NCBI GenBank assembly: GCA_041600715.1
Contig: JBFIJM010000001.1
Coordinates: forward strand, 673,701 to 737,700
DNA length: 64,000 nt
DNA from: Candidatus Saccharimonadales bacterium
GTDB lineage: Bacteria > Patescibacteriota > Saccharimonadia > Saccharimonadales > 2-12-FULL-41-12
Direction: 5' to 3'
The notes under the pieces were generated by a model. The model was not told where the DNA came from. It saw nothing but the letters and a program-made list of their open reading frames with translations, and did no database searches. Positions within the stretch are counted from its first letter, which is position 1. Every line of letters starts with the position of its first letter. A program made the position numbers and the translations under genes. This document shows, piece by piece, positions 1 to 7,904 of this stretch.

Positions 1-327
1 AGCGGTCTGACTGAGCGAATAAAAACAGAAGGCAAGAATGAAAGGGATGTTGTACATGAATTAGTCGGGTTTATTAAGGCTCAATTTGGTGATGAACCGG
101 CAGTACTCGCTGGCAACTCAATTCATAATGATAGAGGATTTATTCAGTCGTGGTGGCCTGAGGTAGAAGACTTACTACACTACCGCATGCTTGATGTAAG
201 TAGCTTTAAAATTATTATGCAGACTAAATACGGTATAGATTTTCAGAAAAAAGAAGTTCACAGAGCCTTCGATGATATCCAGGCATCAATAGCCGAGCTA
301 CAACACTATCTTCTAAAACTTAATTAG
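1..327 (+). CDS. orn: oligoribonuclease, C-terminal part (5' end lies outside the window)
   Basis: Frame 1 is open from base 1 to TAG at 325-327. The translation LAGNSIHNDRGFIQSWWPEVEDLLHYRMLDVSSFK...HRAFDDIQASIAELQHY matches the Orn/DEDDh C-terminus, including the H-x4-D ExoIII motif. Confidence 0.75.
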   Translation, partial: SGLTERIKTEGKNERDVVHELVGFIKAQFGDEPAVLAGNSIHNDRGFIQSWWPEVEDLLHYRMLDVSSFKIIMQTKYGIDFQKKEVHRAFDDIQASIAELQHYLLKLN

Positions 328-617
328 TTTACTCGGGTATGAACATTAATATGTTCTGTTTGACCTTGATCTTCAATTGGGATATCGACAACTGGGTGCT
401 CGCCAGTAATTTGGTTTACTGACTCGGTATTAGAAATGCCACGAACTATATTACTTTGGAGCTTATGAGCGTCCTTGCTCCGGAGTGAGGTGACTCCTGC
501 TTCACTAAGTGCTTGCAGGCCTGCAAGTCGTGCAGATCTGATTTGCTGATGAGTTAACTGTTCTCCAGCATGTGCTGAAGGGAAATTACCATTTGTATGT
601 ACTTCTGGTGAATTCAT
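324..617 (-). CDS. hypothetical protein (97 aa)
   Basis: ORF with an AAGGA Shine-Dalgarno-like element about 8 nt upstream on the minus strand. No family recognised. Confidence 0.45.
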   Translation of the reverse strand: MNSPEVHTNGNFPSAHAGEQLTHQQIRSARLAGLQALSEAGVTSLRSKDAHKLQSNIVRGISNTESVNQITGEHPVVDIPIEDQGQTEHINVHTRVN

Positions 618-734
618 TTTATTTTTCCTTGTTTTTGATATTGATTAACATGATTGTATACTACTACAAAATACCGCTTATGTCAATAGTAATGCAACAT
701 AGCATCTAGAGCGTCAACTGTTATAATAGGAGTA

Positions 735-1058
735 ATGATGGATCATAAAACCGTAGAAGATTATGTACTGAGCATGCCCAATGCGGTGCTTGATTACCCA
801 TTTGGCGAGAGCGTTGCCGTTTATAAAGTAGGCGAAAAAATGTTTGCACTAATAAGGGAGGGGAAAGACCCAGTTCATCTCAGCTTAAAGTGCGACCCTC
901 AACTCGCAGTAGTGCTGAGGGATAAATACGAGACAGTTATGCCCGGCTATCACCTAAACAAGCGACATTGGAACACCGTACTTTTATCTGGTCAGTTACC
1001 TTGGGAAGAAGTGCAAGGCTTAATACGACATAGTTATAACTTGGTTACCGAGAACTAG
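735..1058 (+). CDS. MmcQ/YjbR family DNA-binding protein
   Basis: The 107-aa size, the motif HLNKRHWNTV and the pattern KMFALI...HLSLKCDP resemble E. coli YjbR. TGTTATAAT (719-727) and AGGAG lie directly upstream. Confidence 0.7.
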   Translation: MMDHKTVEDYVLSMPNAVLDYPFGESVAVYKVGEKMFALIREGKDPVHLSLKCDPQLAVVLRDKYETVMPGYHLNKRHWNTVLLSGQLPWEEVQGLIRHSYNLVTEN

Positions 1059-1063
1059 GGCAA

Positions 1064-1771
1064 TTACTCTATATCAGGGCTGTCGGGTTGCTCAGTAATC
1101 GATGTTTCCTTATCTAGTAGCTCCTCACCTTCTGTAAGTGAGCGTGAGGCTTTCTCTGGGCTTGCGGTAAGTAGGCTAGCACCTCTAAAGGCAGATTCAA
1201 GAATTGGTTTTTCGGATGCTGTAGCACCTTCGGCGGAAGCATTTAGAAGTTTTTGGTAATTAGTCAGTTCGGTTTCTAGAACTTTGCGGAGTGTTTCGTC
1301 GTACCGGTTGCGTTTCTCGGCTTCATCAAGTGTCGTATCAGTTTTGGTATTTTGACCAAGGCCTAGAAGTTTTGACTGTGCCTTAGGGTTGATGCCTCTC
1401 TTTGCTAAAATGTCTGTCATTTCTCTTTGGTCTGATGTTACTGCGAGTTGTGTGGTAACAGCAAAAGATCGGGCGCTTAATGATTTTGCTTTACTCTCTG
1501 CCAATGTAGATATTCTGATTATCTCTGTTTGTTTCTGGGCGATCTCAATGTAGCGTTGTTGTTGAGCTTTTCCAGCCGAGCCAAGTAAACTGGCCATCAC
1601 TGCGACCAATATAATTAGAAGTATAAGACCGCTAACAACAATTATGATACGAGTCTTCATGCTGGTAGGTGTAAAAGATGTACCAGTTTTTTGTGGAGCC
1701 TGAAAGATGAACCCGTAAGGATCTTGAGGTTGTGGAGCTGAGGGTTGTTGATTGTTAGGTTGCATAAGCAT
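1064..1771 (-). CDS. hypothetical single-pass membrane protein with a Pro/Gln-rich N-terminus
   Basis: The ORF track starts at a TTG (1792). The first ATG gives MLMQPNNQQPSAPQPQDPYGF, followed by one TM helix (IIIVVSGLILLIILVAVMASLL) and a helical C-terminal domain. Confidence 0.6.
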   Translation of the reverse strand: MLMQPNNQQPSAPQPQDPYGFIFQAPQKTGTSFTPTSMKTRIIIVVSGLILLIILVAVMASLLGSAGKAQQQRYIEIAQKQTEIIRISTLAESKAKSLSARSFAVTTQLAVTSDQREMTDILAKRGINPKAQSKLLGLGQNTKTDTTLDEAEKRNRYDETLRKVLETELTNYQKLLNASAEGATASEKPILESAFRGASLLTASPEKASRSLTEGEELLDKETSITEQPDSPDIE

Positions 1772-1861
1772 TATTCTAACAGGAATTTGCAATTAGGAAT
1801 TAGTAATTTGCAAAGTGTAACTATTTCGTTTGTTATTTATTATTTCCTAGTTACTAACTGC

Positions 1862-1881
1862 TTACCAGTGTAAACTGGTAA
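1862..1881 (+). promoter_or_regulatory. 8-bp stem-loop with GTAA loop, ending 2 nt before the dnaG ATG
   Basis: TTACCAGT-GTAA-ACTGGTAA is a perfect hairpin. No Shine-Dalgarno element is visible between it and the ATG at 1884. Confidence 0.4.
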
Positions 1882-1883
1882 TT

Positions 1884-3632
1884 ATGGATGCGGTGCAAGA
1901 AGTAAAGGCCAGGCTAAATATAGAAGATGTGGTGGGTGAATATGTGCGTCTCAAGAGAACTGGCAAAAACTATAAAGGGTTGAGTCCTTTTACTAGCGAA
2001 AAAACACCAAGCTTTGTAGTCAGTCCAGAAAAACAGATCTGGCATGATTTTAGCTCGGGACGTGGCGGGGATATGTTTAGTTTTGTGCAAGAAGTTGAAG
2101 GTCTGGACTTTAAGGGTAGCTTAGAGCTACTTGCACGTAAAGCCGGGGTTGACTTAGAGCAGTATCAGACAAAGGGAGGTAAGTCGGGGCCTAATAAAGA
2201 GAGATTACATGAAGCGCTCGCTTCTGCCGTTAAGTTCTACCAGGTTCAGCTAGGAGCAAATAAAACAGCCCTAGATTACGTTGCAAAAAAACGGGCATTT
2301 ACTAGGCAGACTATTTTAGATTTTGGACTGGGTTATAGTCCTGATACTGGTGATGCTCTACTACAGTACTTGCGTAAAAAAGGCTTCGAAGAAAGCGAGC
2401 TAACTGCTTCTGGGCTAACAACTAAGCGTAATGGGCGAATAAGTGATATGTTTCGTGGAAGAATCATGGTGCCATTATGTGATCAGTTCGGGAATCCTAT
2501 TGGTTTTACAGCAAGGCTACTTCATGACGTACCGGGAGCGCCAAAATATATTAATACACCCTCAACTGTTCTTTACGATAAATCCAGACACGTTTATGGG
2601 CTCCATCTAGCAAAAAAATCTATCCAACAAGAGAAATTTAGCGTACTTGCAGAGGGTAATTTAGACGTAATAGCATCTCACCAAGCTGGTGTAAAAAACG
2701 TAGTTGCAACTGCCGGAACTGCTCTTACAGAGATGCAATTGAAAGTTCTTGGTCGTTTCTCGCCAGATGTTAGGTTGGCATTCGATGAGGATAGGGCTGG
2801 CCTAGAGGCCACTGAGCGCGCCATTCCTATTGCTACAAAAACTGGGGTTGAATTAAGTATTATTACAATCGAAGGTGGTAAAGATCCTGACGAGCTGATA
2901 CGACAGAGCCCAGATGCGTGGAAAAAGACTATTACTCAGCACGTTTATGCTGTGGATTGGCTAATCAAGACATATGAAAACTCGCTTGATCTGACCAGTG
3001 CAAAGGGGAAGCGTTTGTTCACAGACAAGGTTCTGGGAGTAGTTCGTGGGCTTCAGGATGACGTCGAAAAAGACCATTATGTCCAGGTGGTCGCCGGGCG
3101 GGCACAAATTGACCAAGGAGCAGTAAGAGCTAAACTAGATCGTGTAAAACAAGATAATCAACCTCGCTTGCGTCAAAGCAAAACGACTACTCTTGTTACA
3201 CACGATTATTCTGAGTCAATAAAAATAGGTGATAGGTTATTAGCTATTACTTTGATGATGCCAAGTATCAGGGGCTACTTGCAGGATATAAAAGAAGAAG
3301 CGTTTGTTCAGCCTGATGCACGGACGTTATTTTTGTTTCTTAGAGCCAATCCTGACTTCGAGGGGGCAATAGGTGAGCACCCAGACTTGATCGAGATTAA
3401 AGATTATGTCAAAATAGTATCATTACAGTTCGAAGAACTATATGCGAACGTCGAAGGGCTAGAACTTCAATACGAAGCTGCCAGACTCCGCACACGACTT
3501 ATAGAAGTTTTTGTAAAAGATCAAAAAAAACAAATTACTAAAGATTTAGAGAGCGCAGACGAAGCCCTAAGCGATAAACTTTTGGCTCAAGCTCGTGATC
3601 TTGATCAACTATTAAAGCGAACAAAAGAGTAG
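1884..3632 (+). CDS. dnaG: DNA primase
   Basis: N-terminal primase region ([36 protein letters not shown]), a TOPRIM region ([15 protein letters not shown]...AFDEDRAG) and the conserved position upstream of rpoD. Confidence 0.95.
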   Translation: MDAVQEVKARLNIEDVVGEYVRLKRTGKNYKGLSPFTSEKTPSFVVSPEKQIWHDFSSGRGGDMFSFVQEVEGLDFKGSLELLARKAGVDLEQYQTKGGKSGPNKERLHEALASAVKFYQVQLGANKTALDYVAKKRAFTRQTILDFGLGYSPDTGDALLQYLRKKGFEESELTASGLTTKRNGRISDMFRGRIMVPLCDQFGNPIGFTARLLHDVPGAPKYINTPSTVLYDKSRHVYGLHLAKKSIQQEKFSVLAEGNLDVIASHQAGVKNVVATAGTALTEMQLKVLGRFSPDVRLAFDEDRAGLEATERAIPIATKTGVELSIITIEGGKDPDELIRQSPDAWKKTITQHVYAVDWLIKTYENSLDLTSAKGKRLFTDKVLGVVRGLQDDVEKDHYVQVVAGRAQIDQGAVRAKLDRVKQDNQPRLRQSKTTTLVTHDYSESIKIGDRLLAITLMMPSIRGYLQDIKEEAFVQPDARTLFLFLRANPDFEGAIGEHPDLIEIKDYVKIVSLQFEELYANVEGLELQYEAARLRTRLIEVFVKDQKKQITKDLESADEALSDKLLAQARDLDQLLKRTKE

Positions 3633-3663
3633 TTCGCCTAGTCCTTTAGGAGGAATACATACC

Positions 3664-4773
3664 ATGGCAGAAGACCAAAAAGATCTATTACAAGCTAAAG
3701 ACGCACTTGTTGCTAAAGCAAAAAAAGATAAGAAGATTGATCAAGAGTTGATCTTCGCATCAATCCCTGAGAAGCCAGAAAACACAGAGATCCTAGACGC
3801 GCTATACTCGGAGCTAGCAGAGGCAAAGATTGTGGTGTCCACACCAGGTGTTGCAAAACCAGGGGTAGATTTTAGCGATGAATGGGCCGAAGAAGAAGAG
3901 GATGAAGAAGTTATTCTTGACGATAAAGCCTACATGGACGATATCGCTGACGATTCGGTCAGACTGTACTTGCGCGAAATTGGTAAGATCCCACTACTAA
4001 AAGCTGACGAAGAGTTGGCATTGGCTCACCGAGTAGTAGCAGGTGAGAAAGAAGCTAAGGATCAAATGGCAGAAGCCAACATGCGTCTAGTCGTGTCGAT
4101 TGCAAAACGTTATGTTGGTCGAGGCCTAGACTTACTAGATCTTATCCAAGAAGGAAACACTGGCTTGCTACGAGCGGTAGAGAAATTTGATCCTGATAAG
4201 GGATTTAAGTTCTCGACATATGCCACTTGGTGGATTCGTCAGGCGATCACTCGAGCGATCGCTGATCAAGCTCGTGTCATTAGAATTCCTGTCCATATGT
4301 TCGAGACCATCAACAAATTATTACGTACACAACGACGCCTAACTCAGGAGCTTAATAGGGAGCCGACAAACGAAGAGATTGCCAAAGCAATGGAAATGGA
4401 AGTCGAGAAAGTCGAGCATATAATGAAGATTAAGCAGGATATACATTCGCTTGATGCTAGTGTGCGCGACGATGAAGAAGATTCTGTGCTGGGTGATTTT
4501 ATCGAAGATGAAGATACGGTAAGTCCAGAAGAATCTGCTACCACGCAACTGCTAAAAGAGCATGTAAAAGATATGCTGGCTGGTCTTACAGAACGCGAGC
4601 AGAAAATACTTAAACTGCGCTTTGGCCTAGAAGACGGTAAAAGCCATACCCTAGAAGAGGTGGGGCAAGAGTTTAGCGTTACCCGAGAACGTATTAGGCA
4701 GATAGAAGCTAAAGCGCTTGCTAAACTTCGCAAGCACAAAGACGCTCGTAAACTCCACGACTATCTTAAGTAA
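3664..4773 (+). CDS. rpoD: RNA polymerase sigma-70 factor
   Basis: Region 2 ([36 protein letters not shown]) and region 4 ([24 protein letters not shown]) are present. A GGAGG RBS lies upstream. Confidence 0.95.
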   Translation: MAEDQKDLLQAKDALVAKAKKDKKIDQELIFASIPEKPENTEILDALYSELAEAKIVVSTPGVAKPGVDFSDEWAEEEEDEEVILDDKAYMDDIADDSVRLYLREIGKIPLLKADEELALAHRVVAGEKEAKDQMAEANMRLVVSIAKRYVGRGLDLLDLIQEGNTGLLRAVEKFDPDKGFKFSTYATWWIRQAITRAIADQARVIRIPVHMFETINKLLRTQRRLTQELNREPTNEEIAKAMEMEVEKVEHIMKIKQDIHSLDASVRDDEEDSVLGDFIEDEDTVSPEESATTQLLKEHVKDMLAGLTEREQKILKLRFGLEDGKSHTLEEVGQEFSVTRERIRQIEAKALAKLRKHKDARKLHDYLK

Positions 4774-5338
4774 TCTGATCTATAATCTTATCTAGCTTTG
4801 CAATCAGATCAGTTTGTTCACCGTCATTTACGATAGTGTAATCTGCGTATGCGATTGGTCCGCCCTTTTCTATATTCTCAATCTCTGCAACTTCTCTAGT
4901 AATAAGTTCTTGTAGGGTGTATTTACGGTGACTGTCCTTACGATCTAAAACTCGTTTTCGTCGGATGGCTTTAGGCGCGCAGGTTGCAATCACAACTAAC
5001 TTTGCTCCAAATAGCTTTTCTAGGTATTTATACTCGCTCCAGCTATAAAGGCCGTCTAGCACCACAACGTTGTGTCCTTTATCGAAGTACCCTTGTGTCT
5101 TTCTGCCAACATGTTTAGCTAATACAGCTTTACCTTCCTGTTTGCGCATATCTTCTCTGACGAAGACTTCATCTTTTACATTGTCTAGCCCACGACGTTG
5201 AACTTCTTCGTATACCATATTGCCAAAATGAATTACTGACCAATTATACTTTTTCTGAAGATAGTCAGTGCACGTACCTTTACCACTACCTGGCATGCCC
5301 ACAAATGCAATAACAGTATTTTTACTCATAAAGATCAT
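4766..5338 (-). CDS. P-loop nucleotide kinase-like protein (UPF0200 / dNMP-kinase-like)
   Basis: Walker A motif GMPGSGKGT near the N-terminus and a size of about 190 aa. The layout resembles small archaeal-type UPF0200 kinases. The substrate is unknown. Confidence 0.55.
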   Translation of the reverse strand: MIFMSKNTVIAFVGMPGSGKGTCTDYLQKKYNWSVIHFGNMVYEEVQRRGLDNVKDEVFVREDMRKQEGKAVLAKHVGRKTQGYFDKGHNVVVLDGLYSWSEYKYLEKLFGAKLVVIATCAPKAIRRKRVLDRKDSHRKYTLQELITREVAEIENIEKGGPIAYADYTIVNDGEQTDLIAKLDKIIDQIT

Positions 5339-5371
5339 TGTATCAGACTACGCTATACTAAGACGTTAGTT

Positions 5372-6412
5372 ATGAGTGAGCAATTTATTGAGCGATTACA
5401 CTCGAGTAGAGATTCTATTGATTTAGCAATTAGTAGCTATGAATTTTCTGATGAGCTAACAGCAGATGTATACCGGCAGCTTCTTGAGCGGGGAGGTAAG
5501 CGAATCCGTGGGGCGCTGACTATAAACGGTTATGAGATGGCTGGAGGTAATGATCGCGAGTTAGCATTGCAAGCTTCTGTTGCTGTCGAGATGATGCACG
5601 CATACATTCTTATTATTGATGATATTCAGGACCGATCCGCCATAAGACGTGGTGGTCCTACTGCTCACAAAATGTTCGAGTATCAAAGTCGCACTCAAGG
5701 ATGGGAAGGTGATCATGCTCATACTGGCATTTCTTTGGCTCTTAACTCTGCGTTGTACGGAGCTCACCGCGCCCAAAATATATTCGCCAGTCTAGATGTT
5801 GCCTCAGAGACGGCCTCTGTAGCGCAACAATTAATGAATGAAACTATGGTGGTAACAGCGTTCGGGCAGTCTGGCGACATAATAAACGAAGTAAGTGGCG
5901 AGGTGACAATAGAAGATGTAGATAAGGTTTTATTACAAAAAACGGCTCACTACACTATCCTTAATCCTTTGCAAATCGGTATGTGCTTGTCTGGATCACC
6001 GCCAGAAGACTTAGAAAAAATACGTAGCTATTCGATGGAAGTAGGGCGTGCATTTCAGATTATTGATGATTTATTGTTATTCTCGAGTGATCAAGATAAA
6101 CAACCAGAGCAAGATATAAAAGAAGGAAAGATGACACTTTTGAGTTGCTATGCCCTAAAGCACGCTGATGATCCTGATAAAATATTCCTGCAAGAACAAT
6201 TAGGTAATCAACAACTTACTCTTAATGCATTCGAGCGCTGTAAATCGATCATGATTAATAGTGGAGCGAGGGACTATGCTTTAGCTGAAGCAAAAAGAGC
6301 CTTAAGTACTGCTGAAGGAGCGCTAGATAAATTTCCTGGGCATTGGAATAAACCTAATGTGTTGTTCCTGAAAGGCCTAATTGATTACTTACTAGCCAAG
6401 GCAGAAAAGTGA
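5372..6412 (+). CDS. polyprenyl diphosphate synthase (trans-IPPS family)
   Basis: The first Asp-rich motif is IIDDIQDRSAIRRG. The second motif region is FQIIDDLLLF, with the third Asp replaced by Leu. KEGKMTLL lies downstream. Confidence 0.85.
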   Translation: MSEQFIERLHSSRDSIDLAISSYEFSDELTADVYRQLLERGGKRIRGALTINGYEMAGGNDRELALQASVAVEMMHAYILIIDDIQDRSAIRRGGPTAHKMFEYQSRTQGWEGDHAHTGISLALNSALYGAHRAQNIFASLDVASETASVAQQLMNETMVVTAFGQSGDIINEVSGEVTIEDVDKVLLQKTAHYTILNPLQIGMCLSGSPPEDLEKIRSYSMEVGRAFQIIDDLLLFSSDQDKQPEQDIKEGKMTLLSCYALKHADDPDKIFLQEQLGNQQLTLNAFERCKSIMINSGARDYALAEAKRALSTAEGALDKFPGHWNKPNVLFLKGLIDYLLAKAEK

Positions 6413-7248
6413 TAGAAGAACAAATATTTCGTAAGGGGAGCACAACTTATTACTGGAGCTCAAAGTTCTTCCCTAAAAATGTAAGACAAGATGTGTTTGA
6501 TCTATATAGTTTTGTCCGTGTGGCTGATGACTACGTTGACCAGAATCCGTCAGATAAAGAAGGCTTTTATCGACTACGTCGTAAGTTTATAGAAGCAAAA
6601 GAAAGCTCTTTGTTTGAAACATCAAAGCAACCGAGTGAATCTGTCGACGATCGAGTGGTTAAAAATATTATACGGCTTCAACAAAAATATAACTTAGACT
6701 GGACATGGGTTGATGCATTTTTAGATGCTATGCAGTCAGACTTAATACAGAAGCGTTATCTTACGCTTGATGATTCATTAGAATATGTTTTTGGATCTGC
6801 GGAAGTCATAGGGCTTATGATGTCACGAATTATGGGGCTCTCCGAGATTGCAGATGAGCAAACACGAATGCAGGGCAGGGCAATGCAGTGGATTAATTTT
6901 ATTCGTGATATTTCAGAAGATAACGAGCTTGGAAGGAGTTATTTCCCTGACAATGATCTGCGAAAATTCGGGTTAATTGACTTAAGTGAACAGACCGCTA
7001 GATCTCATCATGAGCCGTTTCGGGAGTTTATAAACTTCCAGCTCGAGCGTTATTATGAGTGGCAAGAAATTGCAGAAAATGGATATAGGTACATACCTAA
7101 GCGTCAAAGAATCGCTCTAAAAACGGCCAGCGATATGTATGGCTGGACGGGAGAATGCATATCTAAGGATCCGCTAGTAGTTTATAAAAAAAAGATAAAA
7201 CCAAGTAAATCTAGAATAATTAGCAAGATACTAACAAATGTGATATAA
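6409..7248 (+). CDS. phytoene/squalene synthase family protein
   Basis: YYWSSKFFP...VRVADDYVD and INFIRDISEDNELGRSYFP are the two SQS_PSY Asp-rich signatures. There is a 4-nt ATGA-type overlap with the upstream prenyl synthase. Confidence 0.85.
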   Translation: MIEEQIFRKGSTTYYWSSKFFPKNVRQDVFDLYSFVRVADDYVDQNPSDKEGFYRLRRKFIEAKESSLFETSKQPSESVDDRVVKNIIRLQQKYNLDWTWVDAFLDAMQSDLIQKRYLTLDDSLEYVFGSAEVIGLMMSRIMGLSEIADEQTRMQGRAMQWINFIRDISEDNELGRSYFPDNDLRKFGLIDLSEQTARSHHEPFREFINFQLERYYEWQEIAENGYRYIPKRQRIALKTASDMYGWTGECISKDPLVVYKKKIKPSKSRIISKILTNVI

Positions 7249-7259
7249 TAAGTATTGTT

Positions 7260-7886
7260 ATGATCTCTCCTGAAGTAGTACACAATATAGTAAATCTTGA
7301 ACCTTCTCTTGAGACGGTTGATGAACTTGTTGAGGAACTCTATGGGGTTCATGTTGACGAAACAGGTAGCACCCCATGGCTTTATAGTTGCCCACAAAGC
7401 TCTAGCTCACCACACCCAGATTACTACGCTCACACAAGATTAAGGGTATGTAGGAATGGATGGGTTGTTAGTTCATTTATGCGTGATGTTGGTGATCAAG
7501 GTTATCATTACGGTACTAAACTCACGCAGTATTACCGATATACCGAACCACCAAAAGCTGAAAGATACTCAGTGAATATGGCTCAAGAACTCGAACAAGA
7601 TTGTGAAAAATTATTTAAAAGAAAAGTCCACATTGGGCGATTCGGATATAGGCCTGTAGTACACGAAAAACAAAGTGATATTGAAACTGACCCAAGCGAG
7701 TTATTTATGTATATGGTTAAGAACTGGCCAGTAAAGAGAGATAAGGCAATGGAGAGGTACGACGAATACGAAACAGCACGATCATATCCTTCTCCTCAAG
7801 AACATAGAGCTTTAATGGTTGGATCATTTTTGATGCGCCGAAAAGAACGGAAAGTATTAGGAGAGGCCCCGAAACTTGGTTACTAG
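7260..7886 (+). CDS. hypothetical protein (208 aa)
   Basis: Uninterrupted ORF that follows the isoprenoid pair after an 11-nt gap. No family recognised. Confidence 0.55.
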   Translation: MISPEVVHNIVNLEPSLETVDELVEELYGVHVDETGSTPWLYSCPQSSSSPHPDYYAHTRLRVCRNGWVVSSFMRDVGDQGYHYGTKLTQYYRYTEPPKAERYSVNMAQELEQDCEKLFKRKVHIGRFGYRPVVHEKQSDIETDPSELFMYMVKNWPVKRDKAMERYDEYETARSYPSPQEHRALMVGSFLMRRKERKVLGEAPKLGY

Positions 7887-7904
7887 CGTATACTGTTAGC
7901 TAGG

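Noticed and set aside
4344-4739. ORFs of 131 aa and 69 aa antisense to rpoD. There are many similar antisense ORFs inside pnp, rnj, ftsK, pilB, the 1110-aa gene and elsewhere.
   Set aside because: They lie fully inside confidently identified genes on the opposite strand. They are Ser/Leu-rich and have no start signals, which is typical of shadow ORFs.
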